From: Octopus vulgaris
Taxonomy: Eukaryota
Assembly (NCBI GenBank): GCA_951406725.2
Contig: OX597831.1
Coordinates: forward strand, 31,868,001 to 31,932,000
DNA length: 64,000 nt
Reading direction: 5' to 3'
Shown here: in pieces, positions 53,389 to 64,000 of the stretch
Position numbering within the stretch: position 1 is the stretch's first letter
Layout: every line of letters starts with the position of its first letter
Made by a program: the position numbers and the translations under genes
The notes under the pieces: generated by a model
What the model was told of the DNA's origin: nothing
Database searches by the model: none
Seen by the model: only the letters and a program-made list of their open reading frames with translations

Positions 53389-53905
53389 CAAGGTTGAGTC
53401 AAAAGGTAATGCCATTTTGTTTAGACAGGTATAATTACCAACACAGGAACATGTATCACACATCAAAATGAAGCTGGTCCTCTGTGGATCACATCCCTAC
53501 TTCTCAAAATAGTCACCATTTCTCTCAATATCGATGTTCCACCTTCGAATGAGAGCATGTATCTCTGCCCCGTAAAATTCTGTTGACTGTTCTTTGAGCC
53601 ACTTCTTCACTACAGTTTTCACTTCATCACAGGAATAATGTTTGCCTCTCAAACCCTCTTTTGTGGTGCCAAAAAGATGATAGTCTGAAGGTCCTAAATC
53701 TGGTGAGTGTGGAGGTAATGAAGAAGTGGATCAAAGAACAGTCAACAGAATTTTATGGGGCAGGGATACATGCTCTCATTCGAAGGTGGAACATCGATAT
53801 TGAGAGAAATGGTGACTATTTTGAGAAGTAGGGATGTGATCCACAGAGGACCAGCTTCATTTTGATGTCCTAAACTAAATGGTATTACTTTTTGACTCAC
53901 CCACA
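53389..53905. mobile_element. Fold-back mariner derivative made of two inverted right ends
   Basis: TA-flanked TIRs. The minus strand of the left arm encodes PPHSPDLGPSDYHLF..KKWLKEQSTEFY..NGDYFEK*; the plus strand of the right arm encodes the same C-terminus. Confidence 0.9.
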
Positions 53906-54446
53906 TATAAACATACTGTATACATGATATACATGGTACAGCATGATATATTAAAAAAAAATTAATAGATTAACACATATCAAAAAGACTGTGTTTTAGA
54001 AATGTATCGATTTGAATCTCTGAAATTTAATTTAGTTTATTGCTTCACATAGTTATATTTTAAATATATGTTTAGGCTCTCTCTAGAAAACTGAAAAATC
54101 CAGAAATCTGGGACACTGCTAGTTCCAAGCTTGCTGAATAATTAGTCCAGTACTGTATATATTTATGGTGTATAAGTGATGTTTAAATACCTTTAAATAT
54201 GAATCATAATTTGCTCATAAATTTAACACAAGCACATTTTACAACAATGATTAGTTCTATGTCTATATAAGGATAACTGATTCAGGAAGCAGAGATTAAG
54301 TTTCAAATGTTAACAGTTGAAAATCTTATGATGTCTTTTATTAACTTGCTGTGGTATTGCAATACATCCCAAGAATATAGTTGAAAATCATTACACTTAC
54401 TGGTTTTGCATTATTTCTTATACAATTTCATATTTCCATTCTACAG

Positions 54447-54551
54447 GTGGCTTTGCCATTTACAATGAAACTGGTTGCGAGGTTATAGACTATTCCGATA
54501 CAAGAAGAAATTTAGTACATACAGATGATGAGTATGAATACCAAATGGTTG
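54447..54551 (+). CDS. Integrin alpha exon: (G)GFAIYNETGCEVIDYSDTRRNLVHTDDEYEYQMV(G)
   Basis: ttctacag acceptor, gtaagt donor, 105 nt, phase 1 to 1. Ends at the G expected before the blade-4 YS motif. Confidence 0.85.
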
Positions 54552-55749
54552 GTAAGTTGTCATGGATAATTCTTTTGTAGAAGAAATTAAAAAGTAATTG
54601 TGAGATTCTAGGCTCCTGGTAACATAGTGAGGAATTGAAACCTTACTGCTAGTGCTGCTGTACCCTTACACAAAGCATATAGCTCTATATTTCAGCTTGA
54701 CAGTCAGAAAGAAGGTTTTATTGCTTCTTCACAGCTAAGAAACAGCTTGCCGTGATAATCTAATCCTCTAAGACTTTTCTAATCCAGATACAGGCCAAAC
54801 ATTTGAAATTGCTTAAGTAAAACCAAGATCTCTCCTTCTGTGTGTGTATGTGTGTGTGTGTGTGTTATACACAATCACATATATATAATTTTACATCTGC
54901 TTTCTATGTTGGCATCGGTTAGACGGGTCATCACAGACTGATACGAAAAAGGGAAATAGAAGACAAAGTAAGAGAGAAAGTGAGATATATATATATTGTC
55001 AACAATGAGTGATAGAAGAGGTAGTAATATGAAAAGATGGGTGATGGTAAGAGGATAGAAGTGATGGAAGCCAATAAGTGATTTATTTTAATGTCCATTT
55101 TTCCATGCTTGCATGGATTGGGCAGAATTTGTTGAGATGGATTTTATTTTCTACAGCTGGATGCTCTTCCTGTTGCTCACCTTCACCTGTTTCCAAGTAA
55201 GGTGATATTTCTCTATAGTCAGACATATTTTCATGAAAGATTGGAAATAAATGAAGACATCATATCTATGACAGTGACACTCCTTTACAGCTATCACATA
55301 ACAAGGCAAAGAGATAACACACACACATACACAATGGGCTTCTTTCAGTTTCCATCTGCCAAATCCAATCACAAGGCTTTGGTTGACCTGAAGCTATAGT
55401 AGAAGATACTTGCCCAAGGTGCCACCTAGTGGGACCGAACCTGAAACCATATGGTTGGGAAGCAAACTTCTTATCAGATGGCCACATAAGCAATAAAGAA
55501 GATGATTAATCAAGTAGTGAAAACAAACTGATCAAATACAATACCTTCCCTCAGTAAACAGGTGTTGTAATGAGGGAAAAATAGTGATAGAAGGTAGGCA
55601 CATTGATTGGAGAGGAAGGTGAATGGTAGCTAAGAAGAAAGGAAAGCAGTGTATAAAGACTTTACATGAACATAACAATTGGGGGACCCAAATGCAGAAA
55701 CTGCCACCATCACTTTGAGGCCCATTTTTCCACATTTGCATAGGTTTGG

Positions 55750-56135
55750 CAAGTCCTCTTCAGGATGGAACTTACCACAGTTTATAATCCCTTGTCATCA
55801 CCTTCAAGACATTCAGCCTCTTAAGGTCAGTCTTTGCCACTTTGTCCCAACTCTCCTTTGATCTCCTTCTTTAAGAATTTTGAGCCATTTGCATTAACTC
55901 TCAGTACTTCTTCATACAACTGACATCTTCCATGATCATCACATGGCCATGCTGGTGCAGTCTTCTCCCTGGCACATAACATCCAACTCCTCTTATCTGA
56001 AGTTTTTTATTTCTCAGTTTATTTGTGTTCCATTCCTCATTACACATCCAGTGGAGCATGCTTGCCACATTTCTGTCTAATCTTCTCAGACCTCCTGTAT
56101 CAAAGGTCCATGTCTTATTATTACCAAGCAGCATT
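55750..56135 (-). mobile_element. Decayed RTE ORF 3' fragment
   Basis: Minus-strand ORF LRRLDRNVASMLHWMC..IRGVGC..RRLHQHGHVM matches MRRLERNEASMIRWMC..RRLRWYGHV of the RTE. Confidence 0.8.
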
Positions 56136-57626
56136 CTACTTTGAAAACAAGCAGTGCAAGACAGCAAGAATGAGTAAAAAAAATATTCTTCTAAAACAAT
56201 TAGAAACACAAATTTTGATAAGTATATATAACTATTACAGTATATACATGAGATAAAGTATGGATGTATGTCAGAATTTGATGGGCATTTTCCCCATATT
56301 GGATGGATCTCATCTTACAGCTTGCTGTGATGGTCCTTCATCATTTTGCACAACTGTAGAGAACAAACCACCAAACTTTATTATCATGTGCACGTTTTTT
56401 GTTATGGATTTTTTCGTTGCTGGATATACTTCATATCACAAACTACTTTACTGTGTGGATTGAGTGCATTTTATCATCTGGCTGGCACTAGGGAAGTTAT
56501 CTTCAACAAATATAAACAGCCTCCCCCCCACTCTCTCTCTCCTCTGCATCAGTTTTTACTCAGAATTTCTGCACTCTTAAACATCATTCCTCTTCTAATT
56601 TTGTCTTACCGATCAAGGCCACAGAGGCTCAAATTAAAAACAAAGTAATAAGCCTGCCAACATATTCACTATGCGTGTGTTCTACTTCCTGCTTGCAACT
56701 AAGAGATTATTTTTAAAAAATGAACTTCAAGAAGTAAAATATATAAGAAAGAAGACAAAATTATGATCCAGTAGGTCATAATTTCACCAATTATACTGTT
56801 ATTACTGATAATAATATAGCTATGACCTTCTGAAATGGAGCTCAATTTAGTCTCTCAAAAGATACTGTCTCAACTGCAGCTGGCTCTCTTGTCTCTCCTC
56901 CTCCTCCTCCTACCACTCCATGCTATGACAATGTTGGTTGTCCTCTATTTTCTTCTAAAAAGAGATGCCATATTGCCTTTTGTATTCACATCATACACAG
57001 ACAACCTGCATACAATTATCAAGTCTCTCAGTTTATTAAAGAAGCACAAAGAGAAGACACAGTTAAAACAAAGTTTTAAATTTAAAAAAAAAGTAAAAAG
57101 AGAGAAAGAAAACAATGTAATGCAAATACAATGCCTTTCTTTTTAAGCCAGAGATTGTGGAGGGACATTGCCCCAGTTTATTTAGCTTTCTTTTAAGGCC
57201 TTTCTAGATTGGGTGATAAAGGTAACTGTTACAGAACAGTTGTCAGATGGAATAGGCATGAGAAAGGAATTCAGGAAGGATATTGTTCTGAGAAGGAGAT
57301 GAAAAAAGGATGCTGAGAAAGCAGAAAAAGGATTGAGTAAAGTTTAATACAACAGGGATGAAACAAAAGGGAGAAAAAAAGAATGAGTTTAAGTGTGGTG
57401 TATATCTGAGTTGATCAAATTCAAAGAAGCAGAGGCCAGATGCCATAGTTGTAATTGTAAATATGACCCCTTTTGTGTTAAGTTGATTAAACTGGATCAG
57501 AAGTCACACATACCAACCAATATTTAAACTACCTTTAATGATCCAAAAAGAAGGACTATATGTATACACCCTTAGACCAATGTATGTCATTACATATGCA
57601 TTGGGGCAATATATTATCAGCATGTA

Positions 57627-58052
57627 TAGTAATCCCTCGACTATTGCAGGTGTTACATTCCAAATCCGTGAAGTAAAAACAGTACTGTACTGTATATTTT
57701 TTTTTAAATTTTTATAATTTGTACATATTTATTTTATTATAAATGCAAAACACAACGGACGAATCGACACAAGCTTAAATAATAAGTAACAACAGTTGAA
57801 CCATGATATGGTGAGGGATTATTATATACAGTAATCCCTTGACTATCTTGGGTGTTGCATTCCAAAACCCTGTGATAGGTGAAAATCCACAAAGCAGAAA
57901 CAGCAGTGTACTGTATATATTTTTTTTTATTACCTTTATAATTTGTATATATTTATTCTATTATAAATGCAAAACAAACACCACGGAGGAATCGATGTAA
58001 GCTTAAATAATAAACCATGATAGGTAAACCGCGATATGGCGAGGGATTACTG
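57627..58052. mobile_element. Two tandem pogo/Tigger-type MITEs (57627-57824, 57829-58052)
   Basis: TIRs (c/t)agtaatccct.gac.at / atatgg.gagggatta(c/t)t(g/a), TA flanks and homologous interiors. Confidence 0.85.
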
Positions 58053-58541
58053 TATATCTATTCACTTTTATCTTGTTTGTCAATGGAATGCGTTGTGTTG
58101 GGAGTCGGCTTCAAGGGTTTAGTCAAGCAAATCAATACCAGCACATATTGTTCAGTCTGCTACTTATTCTATCAGTCCCCTTTGCTGAGCTGCTAAGTTG
58201 TGGAGACATAAACAAACCAATATCAGTTATTAAGCAGATGTGGAGGGACAAACAGAAATACTTACATACATATACACACATATAACAATTTCCATCAACC
58301 AAATCCATTTACAAGGCATTGGTCAACCCAGGGCTACAATCAAAGAAACTTACTTCAGATGCCATGCAGCAGGTCTGAACCAGTGAACCATGTGAAGCAA
58401 TTTTCTAAACTACACACACACACATAAACAAACACACGCATACACTCTCTCTTTCTCTCACACATACACAGAAACACACACATACAAACATGCACACACA
58501 AACACTCACCCACACATACACTCATACACATACACACACAC

Positions 58542-58609
<68 letters not shown>

Positions 58610-59129
58610 AGTGCTGATAAACTGTATTTTCAGTGTTAAATCTAATTTATGTCTTTAATCAAGAGAACCACATTTTCCAACCATGCTTTTTTCTAACCAC
58701 ATATGTAACCTATTAAACACAATGCAGTTGAAATGAAATGTTAATTAATTATTGAACAGTTTAGCCAACATGATTTCCATCCTACATGTTTAATTGATTA
58801 TTTGACTCTCCATTCTAATTATCTCAGAAACTACTGAAGCTAAAGCTCTAATAAATGTTCCATCAAGGATTAATGATGCAAAGTGAAAAACTATTAATTA
58901 CATTTTTTTTTTAAGTACTTCAAATTATTACACTTTCATTAAATTATTAATTTGCTCCTGTCTTCGAAAAAGCAAGAAAATATATTTCAATAATTTTTTT
59001 TTTCTCTTGTAATGTTTACTACAAATATATATTTATGAAATGGCTCTGAAGAAGCTGTAAAATTTTTGCTCTAACACACATCTCAGAAGTAAAGTTCTTT
59101 ATAGCTGAAACAACTGTAAGCTAATGAAG

Positions 59130-59357
59130 ATGATTACAAGCAGTGACCTGAACAACAACAGCAACATCAACAACATTGAAAAATACCTTAGGAATGAGAA
59201 CCCAGGTTCGAAATTTCCCCCAAGACACCTGATGAAGGCTGGAGGGTGTATCAGCCGAAGCATTGTGTAAACAACAAACAAGATGAGGACAAATATCCCT
59301 CAAATGTAAATAATGTAAATAATATACATAATACCTCATCTCTTAAATATAGAACTG
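59130..59357 (+). mobile_element. Penelope-like terminal repeat with degenerate minimal hammerhead
   Basis: acac-CTGATGA-aggctg..cagcc-GAAGcatt-gtgt at 59225-59268. Confidence 0.55.
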
Positions 59358-60202
59358 TTTAGGCACAAGAAATTTGGGGAAGAGGTTAGTCGATTAAACT
59401 TCAGTATTTGAACAGTGCTTTATTGACTCCAGAAGGATAAGAAGCCAAGTTAACCTCAGCAGGATTTGAACTCAGATCCTAAAGAGCTGCATCTAAATTT
59501 TTTAGGTATTTTGTCCAATGTTGTAACAATTCTGCCAATATCCATCATTCACTTGATGGCTTTAACAATGGTCCTATTTTAGCATGCAGTCTACCACAGT
59601 ATCCATAGTCTATGCTGTGAAATGACCTGATCTGGGTTAGGGTTTAGGGTTAGACTGCATGCTAAAGTGGCACCATAATAGTAGTTATGTAGCACCATGT
59701 AGCAGTCCTGATTAAGGAAATCTTTAATAAATAGTTAACTGCTTAATGAATGTAGAACCCACGGGTCTAGGTTTCAAATATACTATAACCTTAGTTGCGG
59801 GCTATATTATATACTTTGACATGCACAGTATGGGGTGGAGTATGACACCCTGGACATGCTATACAATACCCAGGCTACATCTGTATGCCTGTTTCAGCTG
59901 TTTAGTCCCAGGCTGGCACTGGTAGGGCAAGCTTACATTCAAAATACATTCTAGTCATGACCATCTTGCCTCTTTAGGTGTATATCTATGACTACATTAT
60001 CAAATCCTTTTCACTTATCTAAGACATTAAGGAGAGATTTGGAGACCTGGCTGCTATTTCTAGTCATTCCAGGCATGACTGTGCCATTGTTTTCCTACAT
60101 GTATAGAACTGAGGACCACATTCTCCAATATGCCTAAGACAGTAAAGTTTTATTTGAGGAGGGTCGGTTGCTATTTCAGACAGATCAAGTGACCTCATAG
60201 AG

Positions 60203-60825
60203 CAGTGGTTCTCAATCAGGGTCTACGTAGTCCTTTCAGGCCTATATAAGATGTTGTCAGTATGTGCAATAATTTGGTTATACTTCTGTAATACACAAAA
60301 TAATTTAACAATTTTTTTTTTGTTTACCAACAACATGGTTCCGGGTTCAGTCCCACTGTGTGGCACCTTGGGCAAGTGTCTTCTACTATAGCCTCGGGCC
60401 GACCAAAGCCTTGTGAGTGGATTTGGTAGACGGAAACTGAAAAGAAGCCTGTCGTATATATGTATATATATATGCATGTGTGTGTTTGTGTGTCTGTGTT
60501 TGTCCCCCTAGCATTGATTGACAACCGATGCTGGTGTGTTTATGTCCCCGTTACTTAGTGGTTCGGCAAAAGAGACCGATAGAATAAGTACTGGGCTTAC
60601 AAAAGAATAAGTCTCGGGGTCGAGTTGCTCGATGAAAGGCGGTGCTCCAGCATGGCCGCAGTCAAATGGCTGAAACAAGTAAAAGAGAAAAGAAAAAGAG
60701 AATAATTCCTAATAAAAATTAATAGGATTTTTGAAAGATCAAATTGGTTATGGAGGTCCACCCAAATGAAACAAGAATCAAGAGAGTCCATATGCAAAAA
60801 AAAAAAAAAAGTTTGAGAACCGCTG
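60203..60825. mobile_element. hAT-type MITE interrupted by a SINE (~60325-60695)
   Basis: TIRs cagtggttctcaa / ttgagaaccgctg, with degenerate TSD tcatagag / acaaagag. Confidence 0.75.
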
Positions 60826-62431
60826 ACAAAGAGATTATTGCATTGCTTTAGTGGGAGCTATAGAAGGATTGAGAAAGACTGGACTCACACAAAATACCAC
60901 AGCTGCTGTACACCATGGTCCACTGTTTGGGGTTTGTGATGGTATTGATGTGACAGCCATTTCAGTGTATGTGTGGTTTATTGGAGCTGAGTAGAAGAAA
61001 TAATGTTGTAATCATGTTCTAAGGTATTGCAGACATCCCTGCTTGTTTGGTGTTGTGTATGATTAGATTACACGTGTAACAATTGGGACTGTGGAGGTTG
61101 GACTTTCCTGCTGTAACAAACAATGTTGGATGATCTTTCAGTTTTAATACTTAGTGTGATGGTGGTGGTAGGGTTGAGCCTTTGGGTGTCGCTTGTGTGT
61201 AGTTTCATGTTCTTTGTGATTTATTGTGGAGAGATTGGAGGCCCGTGTAGGACTGGAATAATTCATTAAATATTGTTTGCACACCAACATAGTTTTTTTT
61301 CTCTGTTAGCCCAATGTAGCACCAGTGATTTATCTAAGTTTGCGCTATTTATAAACATCTTAACATAATATCTAATACATGGCATGGATAAGCAGAACAT
61401 ACCTTCCAGACAAAGAGAGATATTGATGTATGCATACATGAACCCCTACAGAACAATATATCAAAGGATATATACATGGAGAAGCCATATAGCTCTTCTT
61501 CAGCAAGATACTTGTTCCTGTCCCTCTATCATACTTTCATTCCCCTCAATACTACACCCATCCCATTTGAGGGGTTTTGCCTTGTGAATATTTTGTAACT
61601 TCACTCATGATGGTGGCATGAAAAAAGCTCCCACTGCACTCTGTAAAGTGATTGGCTTCAGGAAGGGCATCCAGCTATGGAAAGTGGACATTGGAACCAA
61701 GCACATTGCTCTGGTTTGATGGTTCCTGTCAAACTGTCCAACCCATGCTGACATAGAAAACGGATATTAATAATGATAACGACGATGTCAGTTTTGTCAG
61801 TTTACTTTCTTTGATATCTCTTATGAATGTAGTGATGTTGTTTATATAACTAATGCTATTTGTGTCTCCTGTCTATACACAATTGTGAGGCAATGATAGC
61901 AGATATCATCATCATCATCATTTAAAATCCGTTGTCCATGCTGGCATGGGTTAGACAGTTTGACCAAGGCTGGCAAGCTTGAAGGCTGCACCAGACTCCA
62001 GTTTGTTTTGACACAGTTTCTACAGTTGGATGCCCTTCCTAACACCAACCACTCCGAGAGTGTAATGGATGCTTTTATATGCCACCAGAATGGGAAAATT
62101 ATATAATAATAATATAAGTTTGATGGTTATAGTAGTTATTGGTGGCCACAATAAGTATTGCTGACTAAAATAGTTAATATAGCTCTTTGTAGTAGTGACA
62201 AAATATATTCAATATTGAGGTTTCTTTTTGGTATCCATTTAATAACTTTTCATTAAAATACTGAGTTAAATATTTCTTTCAGTCAAATAATAAAACATAG
62301 GAGTTGGGTGTCCATACACGTTAACTTTTTAGCATTTAAATGGTCACACCTGCCATGTTCAAACTTGCTAGGTCTGGCATCTCACTCCTACCCTACAATG
62401 TCATTTTAAAAATAAACAATCACATCATCAA

Positions 62432-62750
62432 AAGAAGACCCATCAAGCCAAGTAAAATCACAGTTGTGGTAGATACCAATGTCACACAAATTGGCACCCA
62501 TGCCAGTGGCATATAAATGTGCCCCGGTGTCATGCAAATGGCACCTGTGCCAGTGGCACATAAAGGCACCCATTACACTCTTGAAGTGGTTGGCGTTAAG
62601 AAGGACATCCAGCTGTAGAAAACCATGCCAAATCAGGCTAGAGTCTGGTGCAGCCTTCCAGCTTACCAGCCCTGGTCAAACTGTCCAACCCATGCCAGCG
62701 TGGACAATGGATGTGAAATGCTGCTGCTGCTGCTAATGACGATGATGACA
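62432..62750 (+). mobile_element. RTE 3' UTR fragment (one of many)
   Basis: aagaagacccatcaagcc..aggacatccagctgtagaaa..ggacaatggatgtgaaatg. Similar copies lie near 15385, 16997, 17930, 25432, 33485, 61610 and 61905. Confidence 0.8.
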
Positions 62751-63268
62751 AATGTGAATAGATAAAGCATTACATTTGACAGAGTTAAACATGGCTGTAA
62801 AGGTGCATCATTTTTTTGATATCAGATGAAACCTCTCATTTGCATTAACTTTGTATTCTGACACACTGGATGGGGAAGCTGCTTCCATGCTCCCTTAGCT
62901 TATAATTAATCACATTACTAGAACCCACAATTATTAGTATGATGATGATTATAATAAACCTCTTTGATTTAAAAAAAAAAAATTTCATTCTTTTGCTATG
63001 TTTTTGCTTTATTGTTGTAAATAAAATCTTCACAAGACAGGAAAATGTTCTTGGCATAAATGATGTGTGACAGTAACTAATCTAAGGAGAGAGAAAGATT
63101 GAAAGTTAAGTGTTAACTATTATGTCAGTCCACCTCCATCAGATAGGATCAACTTTCACTAGAGTTTCTGTGCATGCATATTATAGTTTGTACACACACA
63201 CACACACACATGTAATAGGAAGAGGATATGTATGTGTGTGTGTGTGAGTGTATAAATATGTATATGGT

Positions 63269-63299
<31 letters not shown>

Positions 63300-64000
63300 G
63301 GTCAAGTGTGTATGTATTTAAGGTTGTGTGTCCTTAACATGCATTGTCTGTATGTACATCTAATATTTAGTTTTCATATGTGTGTATCTGTTATATGTGT
63401 ATATTAAGTAATCAACAAAAGTACTTTGTATGTATGTATGTATGTATGTATGTACGTACGTATGTATACATGAACACACACACACACACACATACATACA
63501 CAAATATGCAATCATCATTAATTATAAAAAGAAAGTGTCAGTTTTGACATTTCCTTAATGTTAGAATGGGAGACAAAGTTAATCTAAACCTTATGTCTCT
63601 TCAGTCTTTAACTGGAATCCTTTTACACTGCATCACACTTGACCCCTCATATCATTGGCCATTTCATAGTGCTGGCCCAATGTGGAGTGCTAAAGAAACA
63701 ATATAGGGACAGACTTAAAACCTTACCACATTTTGAGTCCTCTCCTTAAGTTTCCGGTGACAGACTTAAAACCCTGTATTAAAATATTCTTCTTGAGTTT
63801 CTGAATTCTAAATCCACCAGAACTGGTTTTGATTTTCAGCCTACTGTTTCTATAAAACAATACCTATTTCTTTACTGCCCACAAGGGGCTATACACAGAG
63901 GGGACAAACAAGGACAGACAAACGGATTAAGTTGATTATATTGATCCCAGTGCGTAACTGGTACTTAATTTATCGACCCCGAAAGGATGAAAGGCAAAGT

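Noticed and set aside
60880-61320. Possible decayed retroelement coding fragment
   Set aside because: No motif could be recovered by eye in the minus-strand frames examined.

Overview
AT-rich, microsatellite-dense animal DNA. The repeat families (RTE with a (GAT)n tail, tRNA-derived SINEs) strongly suggest an octopus genome; this is inferred, not proven. The only host gene I can support is an integrin alpha subunit on the + strand. Five GT-AG exons (39648-39754, 46953-47041, 49383-49565, 50678-50726, 54447-54551) splice in frame into N-terminal beta-propeller repeats with no I-domain; its first and later exons were not found. The rest is transposon-derived. There is a near-intact 4.1-kb RTE LINE (3636-7765) with APE endonuclease, reverse transcriptase and a PHD-type finger inside the RT C-terminal region. 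There are also decayed Gypsy, Helitron, R4/Dong, CR1/L2 and Tc1/mariner pieces, many SINEs, and hAT-, piggyBac- and pogo-type MITEs. Nearly all other short ORFs in the track are artefacts of microsatellites or repeats. The most notable oddities are a ~420-bp GC/CpG-rich insert inside an RTE tail (19469-19890), several hammerhead-ribozyme-like motifs (one inside a small element with inverted ends), a ~470-bp inverted duplication and a fold-back mariner in integrin introns, and a 110-bp near-perfect palindrome. I see no convincing wholly new biological system; the best leads are listed with tests.
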